Under the pieces are notes generated by a model. That model worked only from the letters and a program-made list of their open reading frames with translations, made no database searches and was not told the DNA's origin. Positions 38,801 to 45,993 of a stretch of DNA of 64,000 nucleotides are shown here, in pieces; within the stretch, counting starts at the first letter, position 1, and each line of letters opens with the position of its first letter. The position numbers and the translations under genes are program-made. Location: IMG/VR virus record IMGVR_UViG_3300005544_000001, positions 14,392 to 78,391 of that record; one strand, given 5' to 3'. The stretch is from a virus. Lineage: Duplodnaviria > Caudoviricetes.

Positions 38801-40853
38801 CGCCCAAGCGGCGCTCAAGGACATCTACGGGGATTCCATCAAAAGCCTGAAGGTGGCGACTGCGAAGGCGCGCGCGGCGCTCGCCGGGCGGGTGGAGATC
38901 CGGAACGTGGATCGCCTCATGGGCAGCGTGTCGGCTCTGGACCGGCTGTGGCTGCGTGCGGACCGCGCGGCGGAGGACGGGCGCAACGCGGAGGCCTTTA
39001 TGTGGCGCGCCGTGGCTGCCATCGGCTTTTCGTACAAGGTCGCCGGGGCGTTCGATTATCTGCACGGGACGCCGGCCGAGTGGAATGAGCGCAGGTTCCG
39101 TGTCATCGAAGCCCTTCGCGAGACCGGTGTCGACGCCGCAGCCGCCCGAGTGCAGGCCGATTGGGTGATGGACGGCGCCCTGGCTGAATATCCCGAGGCG
39201 GTTGCCATGACGCGCTCGATGCTCGAAGCCCGGGGGATCCCGTTTACTGAACAGCAGTTGCGCGAGGACGCATGGAACATGGTCGAGCGCCGGCAATACC
39301 AGCGGATCGGCGATCTCGGGCTGCCCGTGGACGCCATCCGAGAACAGTCAGATCTCTACCGTAACACCTTGGGCTGGAACGAACGTGAAATGCGCGGGCC
39401 TGGCGGACTCGTCGGGACGCTCGTGCATGGCGTCGGCGCCATTGGGGAAGGAATCGGCATCCCTTTGGCCATGGGCCGGTTCGGCAACGCCATTGCGATC
39501 GGCATCAACCGGCAGTTGCACAAGACGCCGCTGTACGCACTGGCCAACATCCGCCTGCCGTTCCTCCGCGGTGGTCAGGAGTCGTCGCCGTGGTCACGGA
39601 CCATGACGGACATCTACGAGCGACGCCTCGAGGCTGTGGCCGGCACGATGCTCGGCAGCACCATGCTGACATTGGCTGCGGCTGGACTGCTGAAGGTCTG
39701 GCTGAAACCACCTCCCGATAAGGAGGAGCGCGAGCTGTGGGAGCGCGAAGGCCATAAGGCGGGCACGGTCGAGATCCCCATGGGCGACGGCAAGTATCAG
39801 GTCTGGAGCCTCACAGCGGGGCCGTTCGCGCTCGTGGCGCCCTATCTGGCGGCCGGTGGGGCAATCAACGACCTGACGGTCAAACGCGAGAAACAGCAGG
39901 CCAAGCTCAATGCCGAGGCGGCGAAGAAGGGGCTGACACCGGCCCAACTGCCCCCGCCGGACATCTCGGACTGGTTTGGGGTGGCCGCCCAAGCTGCCCA
40001 AGCATCGGTCCTCGGCAATCGAACGGCCTCCGGCTGGTTCAACAGCATCACTGACTACGGCACGCCCAACGTGAAGAAGTTCGTGGCCAGCCAATTCACG
40101 CCCATGGTGCCCGGATTGCCGGCGCTGCAGGAGGTTTCCCGCATGGCCGGCGTCATAATCGACCCGAAAAAGGCCGATGTCATGGATTTCCTGGTGCCGC
40201 TGCCGACGTCCAAGGCGCGAAAATACAACATGCTCGGGGATCCCGTGGGTACCCAGGACGACCTGCAGCGCGTCGTCCAGACGCTCACGGGCGGCACGTA
40301 CCCGTCGATCTCGCCGGGCCAGGCGCACGAGGCGGACGCCTACAAGGCGCTCTTCGCCACCGGTTACAGGCCTCCGAGCATCGACCCGAACGCGGGCCAT
40401 GCCATCGGCGGGGACTTCAGGCCGTTCACGGAGTCAGAACTCGAGCGCTACACCGCGGCGCGCAGCCGGAATCTGCGCGAGGAACTCGGCCGGCTGGGCC
40501 CCACGGCTGACGCCAAGGACGCCCGGGAGGCTTACCAGCGCGCGAACGACGCAGCGCTGCGGGAGACTGGAGTCACGGTCGCCACCAGGACGACAACGCC
40601 CAGCGGCGCCACGGTCACGAGGGCAGCGTCGTCCCGTGGAGGCGTGGGAGTTCCGACCAGGACGACGGAAGCCCGAAGTGGGACCGGCGGCAGGGCAGCG
40701 CGCGGGTTGTCACGCGGGCTGCGTGGAGTGCGATTTGGACGGCGGGGACTGGCCAGAGCTTCGAGGATTCGGCTGCAACCGCGTCTTGGGCGTGGACGTG
40801 CCCGCGGGTTGCGCGGATTGTCGCGCGCGCGGGTCAGTTCTGCTCGGGTTTGA
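29886..40853 (+). CDS. Giant polyvalent internal virion protein (DarB-like): pyrophosphatase-like, N6-adenine MTase and Strawberry-notch helicase domains
   Basis: ATG 29886; 3655 aa. HYGDIVGT.GKDKDRIDIY...DEHKVM (~31.7 kb); EPTAGNG and NPPF (~32.9-33.1 kb); DQTGVGKGR (34134), DEAH (34587), QMIGRVMR (~35.7 kb). Confidence 0.88.
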   Translation: MPAVFVDEEPQAHFVDDAGPAEGRAKFLEDLPAPTPPPIPVEQIRTILEPGVTEGKSAEQADIERANKIGAPQVELNKQSAPFNLREHLTLARERPSDKLQYWAQRIPWSPAGIIQPLEVKSAADRIQAGIGEPKDFEKLSDFIVSAERQQNAGVISKAVDIATALPAFAAEFSATGGAFTGTRAAAQRAGLAALEESAKAVAGKAARYVATKAAEAPAFIAGAAAQTLANPKLIAENFVQNELNRVKFKEGDQGQIETIIKDDDVGFAGNLRNSFLKAGFDIGTEYAGELLHPLKAAIAARWMNAVPGRTPGALQKALDASGWHGVLGEMFEERLNEFAAPLYGENYQPPSPQQLMAEALAFSVPGTAERLLSGRGPAIEKGKQNATTQRPEQPRTQRGETDAGIQPVGENRVNAPVEQPPRTPDSERNRVPPGEVAPQVETRPGAPVTTKAPLAVRILTARGVAPDVAEFVAARAGDKPANETAEDYRTRVNGLHDEFGFKVPTEVNPASSEASLRAAAAAEGFTEEQIQNTLAKAKAADTAVHAANTALIGRIQAARQPATVTPEPPKPQRVDVPGVGAVNIQYPAGSVRSGEDKAGDKWQVTMPAHYGDIVGTKGKDKDRIDIYVGPNAQAPGPVYVVNQYNPETGKFDEHKVMAGFPSLPDATAAYDAAFSDGSGPARRQSVQTFSPEQFQTWLKEGDHSKPAGGERIDLQPPPKLVTKPVAPATKPPVPETKAPIPATIPPVGATKPPVGETQAPKSVTGETQPISPPAAPPAGAPPVVDVTAKPSATRAPEAAAVTQAKLDDIRKRREAIQAKLRKKLGQTNISVDPEIATLVAELAVNYTEEGVVRFADFARRVKEELPDIWERLKHYLGGAWRTAGEQNMELDEVTREQGKAAIQALEAETPLPKEEGVKSPEVQPTKKEGEENTEVGIIQDAHRVAQNATDPLRAYRELVRLYSEQPRLGTRTVTSKTNQAYSTPPPLAYLAGRLADLRNGKVIAEPTAGNGMLLIETNPTARLLANELDADRADRLRKSFPRADISQMDASTEDFHNYLDGWSPDRVIANPPFGGVIEEGTSQTKRFPIINASTKKGETPSIDLAIALNSLDAMTQDGKAVIIIGSKTGSMAANFGSDAARAQAYRRPEMLEFFRRFNVKDWFTVSGDLYKKMGAGWPVDVIVIDGKTPTPLPSEGGLQRPWITPPPVFNSWHDLEGKLNDAQLQPTREPSPTPGGSSGAESAGAGQGGPAVRPGGTQSPRPPLGNEPTVPAPGRPQEPTRPGIPTGRPAVVPESRPELPTGGGGLGQASAEGSAEINPGMARLVEGKVVLNVPYRSVSKNADPKLVVPANIADSMQRAVRQLEIDVGKPVDEYLAEKMKWTREELFKRLSSAQIEAVALFVRNSENRGTGLINSDQTGVGKGRTVASVMDYAPKVGKIPIFITQGKHLYTDMAGRDLPSIGNKKFRPFITDSDYEYENGEGTSISDKPGAAAQREAMEEIARTGKLPPGVHGIFTTYYQLQADKPQGYSETPQARARRKRRLTARPDGPRLAMLRALAPNAIFVLDEAHQAAGIDSDVGLSLQSILPNAAGVYYSSATFAKRPDNLTLYAIGTALRLAGLSRTEMTELFKSGGVPMQQALTSMLAEEGEFVRREQDMSGVKFDFTPVSSSPEEEAQSADTYTSFLRDLHDIADQVNAAAAGFVDDVNQTRPDEAQVDLSGVNFGSRLFNLSNQYLFSLRSDATANEAIAALKRGQKPFVAVFNTMAGPIANLHEMGLPLDFGGLLRREMAKMLEVTIRDPLEDSGKRVVILKPEDLPDGGAKYRQIEEQIKATDFGSMPISPIDAIKKKIQQAGYSIGEITARDGELTEEGGVVKISKRDRSTRNRILHEYNNADVKGGKAVTGLDALIVNGSGSTGLSAHTDPKFRDQRQRYMIVAQAAPDINVFMQMIGRVMRFGQTSLPAYKVLMTNLAAEKRFMTMLRGKLTSLNANTSAETESGITQGGLADDVFNAIGDEVVGEVMLAHPDLAQLARIPLPNPMEADSFENFARYATGRFVLLPNDDAARLWRDISEIYDARIRALDEAGENPLKANVQDLRAKTTGIAEIVPGTGSTAFDGPVKLERIDIKPAKKPYTHEQAVAESEKNSDENEKAAEEWFAKQATAMRERIETMEKREAKQEQIDRTRQTLQAVYETVTAASRLLGQTVGVDPGGTGHPLFYAVPIALELKSRDQSDFSSNSKHTLKLATNTLRRTIHLPLSQLNSLKLVEESDPAEQFDNNSESTSTRYVATGNLLKGYAAAKGMSAHITKPAVTMYSTRRGALKTGVLLGAAFNPSTGVAGGRAAVNKPDDFATLMDRRTPMAAGPVEITGTIVTVPSGTSTRNIWGDRTFQNFFQQSPVERAGQFRGVMDRRMAFDFFRYLASKGLSIVEKQSEGTTRAIEFAEPPPETTASDVANKIADALGNLKSGQEPGQLHLFGVIPAVWDKAIEIAQGIIRAGGKVADAVAKAIEYIRANHKGDWDEAGARGALESASQGKPATEEGLTEPAEGEQPPVVDDHWVPTQVKGMTWYVRDRDKLSPESTARSIDAAEAAFTQAGLKSERRTMFDTGDSQTKSILFIPETENADEKGRKLAEVLEREIATQREAGKGADHVSTLINSVREGFDQPGSAFRQMSQQVRNRLFALAQEEASWRGRALRALANSKADIIRIARNVDVYLQRIYSTAFADKAPGAPAGASDIADDLRASLREVLTDEEIDRLPELIADPAQRERIKAALKKALEKVAPKGAKRFGRRNWRTIESLIQGGILDDTEWFKELARKRGWKVPTDAEIEQMRKLADEEQALRKPTDAELAKVGEDPKARERLLADIEAATRETRFKLQKRLAVMWSEMTKPVSLRDYWAQRQNNARFLNELMTANLLFRASFVSKQAIDVATQWFWRMPMRAVAQALTLRKNDLAAGKQVRFWDDAQAALKDIYGDSIKSLKVATAKARAALAGRVEIRNVDRLMGSVSALDRLWLRADRAAEDGRNAEAFMWRAVAAIGFSYKVAGAFDYLHGTPAEWNERRFRVIEALRETGVDAAAARVQADWVMDGALAEYPEAVAMTRSMLEARGIPFTEQQLREDAWNMVERRQYQRIGDLGLPVDAIREQSDLYRNTLGWNEREMRGPGGLVGTLVHGVGAIGEGIGIPLAMGRFGNAIAIGINRQLHKTPLYALANIRLPFLRGGQESSPWSRTMTDIYERRLEAVAGTMLGSTMLTLAAAGLLKVWLKPPPDKEERELWEREGHKAGTVEIPMGDGKYQVWSLTAGPFALVAPYLAAGGAINDLTVKREKQQAKLNAEAAKKGLTPAQLPPPDISDWFGVAAQAAQASVLGNRTASGWFNSITDYGTPNVKKFVASQFTPMVPGLPALQEVSRMAGVIIDPKKADVMDFLVPLPTSKARKYNMLGDPVGTQDDLQRVVQTLTGGTYPSISPGQAHEADAYKALFATGYRPPSIDPNAGHAIGGDFRPFTESELERYTAARSRNLREELGRLGPTADAKDAREAYQRANDAALRETGVTVATRTTTPSGATVTRAASSRGGVGVPTRTTEARSGTGGRAARGLSRGLRGVRFGRRGLARASRIRLQPRLGRGRARGLRGLSRARVSSARV

Positions 40854-41184
40854 TACCTCTGCGAAAGATCTTCGGCAGCCAGATGGTGTCCGGCGCCTTC
40901 TCCTCCACGGGCTTTCCTTCCTGCTTCGCCTGACGGGCAAGGAGTTCCTCGATCTTCAAATCGACCAGCGCCTCGGTGTTCTCGACCCAATCGAGGTGCT
41001 TGGCCGCCTTCAACTGCGCACGGAGCCTGGTCTTGAGCTTTCGCAGGGCGGCGATGATCTCGGGATAGGTCGCTGCGCGCAGGGCCTCGTCGTGGCGAAA
41101 CAGAGTGTATTCGCGCTCGATGATCTTGTTGACGGCCGCCTGCTCTACCTCTAATCGTCGCTCACGTTGCTGTTTAGGTGACAT
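40834..41184 (-). CDS. Hypothetical protein
   Basis: 116-aa basic helical ORF, last of the leftward arm. Confidence 0.6.
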   Translation of the reverse strand: MSPKQQRERRLEVEQAAVNKIIEREYTLFRHDEALRAATYPEIIAALRKLKTRLRAQLKAAKHLDWVENTEALVDLKIEELLARQAKQEGKPVEEKAPDTIWLPKIFRRGIKPEQN

Positions 41185-41336
41185 TTTCGGCTATGTTCAA
41201 TCTCGCACTGGTTTCGTATCGCGGCGGCAATGCTCGGGTCAATGTTGAAGAGTTTCGGCGGAGGCACGGTTGCTATCTCGCCGCGCAGCCATTGCCAGAC
41301 GGCGCGAGCATATTCGGATTCAGGCGTGCTGCTCAT
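41151..41336 (-). CDS. Hypothetical protein
   Basis: ATG 41336 overlapping upstream stop. Confidence 0.45.
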   Translation of the reverse strand: MSSTPESEYARAVWQWLRGEIATVPPPKLFNIDPSIAAAIRNQCEIEHSRKCHLNSNVSDD

Positions 41337-41557
41337 GGGTCGGCGCGCCGATTCCAGCACCGCTGAAGCTCTGCCATCATTTCCTCTTTCGTCATCGGCT
41401 TCACGTCTGAATCGCACAGCATCATTTCGGCATTGCATCCGCCGGAACAATAGATGGCAACGCCGCTTTCAATGTTTCCCCGTGCTAGTGAACGGAAAGC
41501 TCTATGATGATCGGTCTCCGCCGGGCAGCCGCAAAATGGACAGGGTAAAAGATTCAT
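41333..41557 (-). CDS. Lar-family restriction alleviation-like protein
   Basis: ATG 41557; LLPCPFCG...C..C...WNRRA. Confidence 0.75.
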   Translation of the reverse strand: MNLLPCPFCGCPAETDHHRAFRSLARGNIESGVAIYCSGGCNAEMMLCDSDVKPMTKEEMMAELQRCWNRRADP

Positions 41558-42123
41558 AGCGCCAGTCGTTTCGCCCGCAGCTCGAGGATCTGCTCCTGCG
41601 TGTGGTTGCGGAACCATTCGCCGCGCAGTGCCTCGGGTCCAGAGTCGCAGGTGCGATCCTCGGTCGGCAAGGTCAATGGATAGTTCAGCACCAGCAGATC
41701 TAAATCGGTAAATCCTCGTCCATCAAACACGCTGAAATCCTGCCGAAGAAGTTCGCGCATCATGTTCGCGGGCGACTTGTAGGTGTAAATGACGCGCCCC
41801 TGGGTGTCGTAGCTGACGAACGCAGGCACCCACGGTTTTCGCCGCGGCATCTGTTCGGCCCGAATCGCCGGTAGGATTGTCGGCGTGACGAGAAGTATGT
41901 CCTCGTGGCCGCGGGGATAGTGCGCGTTCCATCGTGCCCAGATGTGCTCAGGCTGCCCGGAGGACTTCAGGACGTGCGTGAGATCGAGCAGTTCCCTGTC
42001 GCACGACTGGGGCGTTACGATGATCGGCTCGAAGCCTGCGTCCCTCCAACTGCGATTCCATTGGCAGAGCATCTGAGTGTGCGGGATGTCGGCGCCGGCG
42101 CGCGCCCAGCAAAACACTTTCAA
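41554..42123 (-). CDS. Hypothetical protein (possibly GT-like)
   Basis: TTG 42123 overlapping upstream stop; WNRSWRDAGFEPII...WARW. Confidence 0.5.
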   Translation of the reverse strand: MKVFCWARAGADIPHTQMLCQWNRSWRDAGFEPIIVTPQSCDRELLDLTHVLKSSGQPEHIWARWNAHYPRGHEDILLVTPTILPAIRAEQMPRRKPWVPAFVSYDTQGRVIYTYKSPANMMRELLRQDFSVFDGRGFTDLDLLVLNYPLTLPTEDRTCDSGPEALRGEWFRNHTQEQILELRAKRLAL

Positions 42124-42791
42124 GATAGCCTCCTGAACGAAATCACGTACACGAAAGGATTCGCCGCCCACGAACAGCCCTTGCGGGGAAGATTGATCAT
42201 GTTCCAGCCGGAAGCCCACAAAACTTTGTGGCTCTGGTAAACTTTCTGATCAAATGCCGACACTGGGTTGTTGCCAAATTTGTCGCTGTGCATCCGCAGG
42301 ACCGCACCCTCGCGGTGAACGGCGTTCTTTGTGATGTCTTGAAGGCGCTCGACTTGAACGGCTTCGATTTGCAGTGTGATACGACAGGCTTCACGCGGCA
42401 TGAATAAGGACGGCTTCCATTTGCACTTCTCATCATCTGGGAGATTGAAGTTTGCTCGATAGAGGTAATGGTCGGGAATTCCAGTCGAAATCCCAGTAGC
42501 TTTTTCCCACGCCCAAGCATCGAACCATGTTTCCCTCACCCAGATTGTTGCGCCGGGCTGATACTTTGTCGCAACTCGTATGGCCTTGAGCATTGACGCC
42601 TGATCGGTGTGGACGTATGGCGCTCCGTAGCCAAGACGTTGCAGAACCTTGCCGCCATGCCACTCCCATGAGTCGCCGCTTGCACCAGTAAATTGCGGCA
42701 GCGGCATGACAACCCTACGGGTTTCCGTCTTTCGTCCTTCCAGAATCGCGTTCACCATCGGCGCGGAGAAAAGCATGGGGATCTCGTTCAT
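42120..42791 (-). CDS. ASCH/PUA-like conserved phage protein
   Basis: PMLFSAPMVNAILEGRKTETRR, IWVRETW, WKPSLFMPREACRI, WAANPFV. Confidence 0.8.
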   Translation of the reverse strand: MNEIPMLFSAPMVNAILEGRKTETRRVVMPLPQFTGASGDSWEWHGGKVLQRLGYGAPYVHTDQASMLKAIRVATKYQPGATIWVRETWFDAWAWEKATGISTGIPDHYLYRANFNLPDDEKCKWKPSLFMPREACRITLQIEAVQVERLQDITKNAVHREGAVLRMHSDKFGNNPVSAFDQKVYQSHKVLWASGWNMINLPRKGCSWAANPFVYVISFRRLS

Positions 42792-43621
42792 GCGATGGCC
42801 GCGCGTTTGTCTTCCAAACTGACATGGCTGTAGGACTGGAGCACTCGAAGAGATTGACCGGTGATCGAGCGCACGACGGAAATCGGAACACCTTTGTTGA
42901 GCAGGTTCGACACCCGGCCGTGGCGAATGTGGTGGATGGACTTGTTCACCCCGGCTTTGCGCGAAAGCTTGATGAACTCAGCACTCAGAGTCTTGTGCTG
43001 ATCATACGCGTGCTTCTGCGCCATGGTCGGGCACACGAACGATTGATCCCCCTCGACGCACGGTGGCGTGTCGCGCATCGCGTGGACCAGTTCGAGGCTG
43101 ATCGGGATCTCGACGAGCTTGCCGAAGCGCTGCGTCTTGATCGGCACCCTTCGGATGACGCACTCGACGATGCTGACCTCGTGCCAGCGCAACGTGGCGA
43201 CGTCGCCCAGGCGGAGCCCGGTCTCCCACGCACAAAGGATCGCGTAAACCCAATCGCGGCGCCCATCGGCCCGGGCTTGCGCCAGCAGCTTCGTGATCTC
43301 CTCCGCCGTGATAGGCTGCCGCTCGACGGTCGGGATCGCGAATCGTTTCAGCTTCGGGACCGGGTTCGCATCGACGACCCCGGCCTCGATGAGCCAGGCG
43401 AACAGCGCCTGAACGGTTGAATAATATGCGGCTGCCGTTCGTCTGCCGCGGCCGGTCTTGAGCAGGTGCCCGAGAAAGGATTTGCAGACCAGCGCGGTGA
43501 TCGGTTTCTGGCCGGCGAACTTCGCGAACACCTCGAGGCGCTCACGGTAGGCGCGGATTGTGGAGTCAGACAAAAGCCCGGTCTGCGCCTCGAGGAAAGT
43601 TTGGATGCGCTCGCGAATCAT
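42788..43621 (-). CDS. Tyrosine recombinase/integrase (short, XerC/D-like)
   Basis: TGLRLGD, KT, HHIRH, ITGQS...SYSH; 277 aa with no arm-binding domain. Confidence 0.88.
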   Translation of the reverse strand: MIRERIQTFLEAQTGLLSDSTIRAYRERLEVFAKFAGQKPITALVCKSFLGHLLKTGRGRRTAAAYYSTVQALFAWLIEAGVVDANPVPKLKRFAIPTVERQPITAEEITKLLAQARADGRRDWVYAILCAWETGLRLGDVATLRWHEVSIVECVIRRVPIKTQRFGKLVEIPISLELVHAMRDTPPCVEGDQSFVCPTMAQKHAYDQHKTLSAEFIKLSRKAGVNKSIHHIRHGRVSNLLNKGVPISVVRSITGQSLRVLQSYSHVSLEDKRAAIA

Positions 43622-43818
43622 TTGTTGGTGATGGTGATTTCGATGCGCTCGCCATTCGTTGGCTTTCCGGAAATCTGGACAAAGGTATTTGTTCCCACGA
43701 GTACGATGTTCTTCGCCTTCTCCCTGTAATAATCAATTCGGTGCTTGATGTAGAAAACCTGGCTGACGATGACCAGAAGCAGGACGCAAAGTTTCAATGT
43801 CAGGAGTTTTTCTTTCAT
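43618..43818 (-). CDS. Small membrane protein
   Basis: N-terminal hydrophobic helix. Confidence 0.55.
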   Translation of the reverse strand: MKEKLLTLKLCVLLLVIVSQVFYIKHRIDYYREKAKNIVLVGTNTFVQISGKPTNGERIEITITNK

Positions 43819-43822
43819 GGAT

Positions 43823-44380
43823 TCACGCGGTTTCTAAAAATCCCTTTAACTTTTCAATCCTTTTCGGGTGGCGAAGCAGTGACAATCCTTTGTTAAAAAT
43901 CTGCCTGGCCCGCGCTCCGGTTACTCCCAGCGTTTTCCCAGCAGACTCGACTGTTGCGCCGTTGGCAATTTCCCACAGTGCTTCCTTGTTCCGATCCGGT
44001 ATGTCCGACATGGCGGCATCAAGGGCGTCCTTTTCCTCTAATAGCGTATCTGGTGCTTGAAGTAATAACGCCTCAGGACAATCCAGCAGATTTTCAAGCT
44101 GCACATCTGCGGTCTGCTCTCTTTTGAAGCCCGACCTCAGCCCGCGAAATGTTTCCGGCCATTGCTCCAGCACATCAAGGTATTCTCCTGCTTCACCGAA
44201 AGCGATCTGGATCGCGGTTGCTTGCTTTGGCGTTGGGCGCTGAACCAAGTTTACGATTTTACCGATTATATACGGAGTCACCTTTGAACGCCGCGCCAAT
44301 TCCTTTTGGGACCAACCAAGTTTCTGCAACAACTGGTACAGAAGCCCGTGCTTGTATTTCGTTATCGCAGTGATTTGCAT
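43823..44380 (-). CDS. XRE-family HTH regulator with C-terminal sigma70 region 4-like HTH
   Basis: GWSQKELARRSKV...IGKI; TVESAGKTLGVTGARARQIFNKGL..LRHP. Confidence 0.8.
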   Translation of the reverse strand: MQITAITKYKHGLLYQLLQKLGWSQKELARRSKVTPYIIGKIVNLVQRPTPKQATAIQIAFGEAGEYLDVLEQWPETFRGLRSGFKREQTADVQLENLLDCPEALLLQAPDTLLEEKDALDAAMSDIPDRNKEALWEIANGATVESAGKTLGVTGARARQIFNKGLSLLRHPKRIEKLKGFLETA

Positions 44381-44386
44381 GACGCG

Positions 44387-44419
44387 AATCTGTGGATGTG
44401 CTGAACGATTGTCAAGCGG
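44387..44419 (-). promoter_or_regulatory. Sigma70-like promoter of the XRE gene, probably leaderless
   Basis: CCGCTTGACA, 17 nt, CAGATT, 6 nt, ATG 44380. Confidence 0.65.
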
Positions 44420-44422
44420 AAT

Positions 44423-45316
44423 TCAGACTTCAGCCGCGCTCTTAACCTGATGGACGAGCCTCCTGCCATTGCGCAGCATCGCAAGCCGTTCCTCCTCGGT
44501 CGTGATTGAATCCGAGTAACCGCTGAACACGCTGGGCAAGTTGGCGATCACGCTGTAGCTGTCGGCGCCGAACTTGTCCCAGATGCGGCAACCGATCTCG
44601 ACGTCCCATGCGCGGGACTCCTTCGCGACGCTCGTGACGTGGAACCCATCGCCATCTGGAAGCGCTGCCTGCGGTTGGCGCGATACGACGCCGAACGTGC
44701 CGAACTGATGATCCTGCGGTCCCTTGGCCAGTGGCGCCCGCTCGCCTTCTGTGAACAGCTTGCGATACCATGCACAGTCGATGACGGTCCCGCTCCCGTA
44801 GCAGAACACGCAGGAATCCTGTCGATCATTCGAGCCCTTGTTGCCGAACGCCAGGACAGGGACGTGCATGTGCGTCGCGACCGGGTAGTTCCTGCGCGAA
44901 TTGTTCGCGACGAGTTCCTCCCAGCGCAGTGCGGCCTCGCGACCGGCCGTGCAGGGGTTGTGGACTGCGACCGACCCGCCGATGATTGCCGGCATTGGCT
45001 GGCGGAAATACTCGTCGAAGATCGCGCCGTCCCAGTTGTCGCCCATGACGCGGGAATCAGCCTCGAGGTAGAGGACGTGCGAGTAACCGGCGCGCAACGC
45101 CATCTCCATCCCCGTGAAAAAAATGAGGTTCGAGACGCTGAACGATTTATCGCCTTTCACGCTCTCTGGATTGCCGGGGATGCGTTTGACGTCCGGCCAG
45201 GCATGGTCGGAGAACAGGAGCAGCTCGTGCGTTGTCTTGAATTTGCGGATGTTCCGCAGAAAAGGCTCGGCGTATGGCAGGACTGGCGGCGGTACGTAGG
45301 CCAACACCGCCCTCAC
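44423..45316 (-). CDS. Putative GT-A-like protein
   Basis: GTG 45316; HVLYLEADSRV resembles a DxD-containing strand. Confidence 0.5.
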   Translation of the reverse strand: MRAVLAYVPPPVLPYAEPFLRNIRKFKTTHELLLFSDHAWPDVKRIPGNPESVKGDKSFSVSNLIFFTGMEMALRAGYSHVLYLEADSRVMGDNWDGAIFDEYFRQPMPAIIGGSVAVHNPCTAGREAALRWEELVANNSRRNYPVATHMHVPVLAFGNKGSNDRQDSCVFCYGSGTVIDCAWYRKLFTEGERAPLAKGPQDHQFGTFGVVSRQPQAALPDGDGFHVTSVAKESRAWDVEIGCRIWDKFGADSYSVIANLPSVFSGYSDSITTEEERLAMLRNGRRLVHQVKSAAEV

Positions 45317-45582
45317 AGCTTGCCCTCCTGCTTCTCGATCTTCACCTTGACCATCCACGCGTGAAACTCGTTGGTGATTCCACCCTCAACCCAGCGGATG
45401 AGATAGCAGTCGTTCGTGTGCAGGACGGCATCAATGCAGTTGGTCATCTCCCAAGCGTTGGGGCCGTCGCCGACCGTGACGGTGTAGAAAACTGTCTTCG
45501 CTGGCCGATGACGCAGAAGCGAAATGCCGGAGCACGCCGCAATAAACACGAGCGCAATGATGAGGATGTGGTTGCGATTCAT
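45313..45582 (-). CDS. Small membrane-anchored protein
   Basis: ATG 45582; MNRNHILIIALVFIAACSGISLL. Confidence 0.6.
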   Translation of the reverse strand: MNRNHILIIALVFIAACSGISLLRHRPAKTVFYTVTVGDGPNAWEMTNCIDAVLHTNDCYLIRWVEGGITNEFHAWMVKVKIEKQEGKL

Positions 45583-45588
45583 TGGCGG

Positions 45589-45652
45589 AGAGTCGTGAGG
45601 CCGCGCCGAATTGTCAAGCGGTTGTTGACTTACATCGGAAATCGTGGACACT
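45589..45652. promoter_or_regulatory. Back-to-back promoters, both probably leaderless
   Basis: Minus: TTGACA-17-GACTCT-6-ATG 45582. Plus: TTGACT-16-GACACT-6-ATG 45659. Confidence 0.6.
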
Positions 45653-45658
45653 CGCCAA

Positions 45659-45850
45659 ATGTCGAAACGCCACAAGATCAAATCCGCGCAGGTAACGAAG
45701 GAGGGGAAGGATTACGAGACCGACCTGAGTCAAAAGAAATTAACGGACCAAGAGATCCGCGATCACTTGCCAGCCGTTTGGAAAGAAAGAGCGGAAGCTG
45801 GAAAACGTGCCGTGTCCGTCCCAATTCCCGGCAGCGACCATTATACTTGA
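45659..45850 (+). CDS. Small basic hypothetical protein
   Basis: ATG 45659; 63 aa. Confidence 0.55.
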   Translation: MSKRHKIKSAQVTKEGKDYETDLSQKKLTDQEIRDHLPAVWKERAEAGKRAVSVPIPGSDHYT

Positions 45851-45993
45851 CCCCATGAACCGCGTCGCTACGCTGGTTTTATGCAGCAGTTGTCTGTCAC
45901 TTTCATCGTCCCCGCTAATCCGTCAACGGGTTGCTTCTCGCGTGCGAACGCGGACTGCTGCATGGCGGGGGCGATGTTTTACAAAATGCAGCA
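45847..45993 (+). promoter_or_regulatory. Promoter plus structured leader (C4/CI-like) of the HNH gene
   Basis: TTGACC-16-TACGCT; ATGCAGCA at 45881 and 45986, complement TGCTGCAT at 45956; 12-bp helix 45904-45915/45965-45976. Confidence 0.55.

Noticed and set aside
2104-40990. Many long antisense or alternative-frame ORFs over the late genes (e.g. 3067-4041, 16141-17097, 31002-32192)
   Set aside because: Typical shadows of GC-rich coding sequence, with no recognisable motifs.
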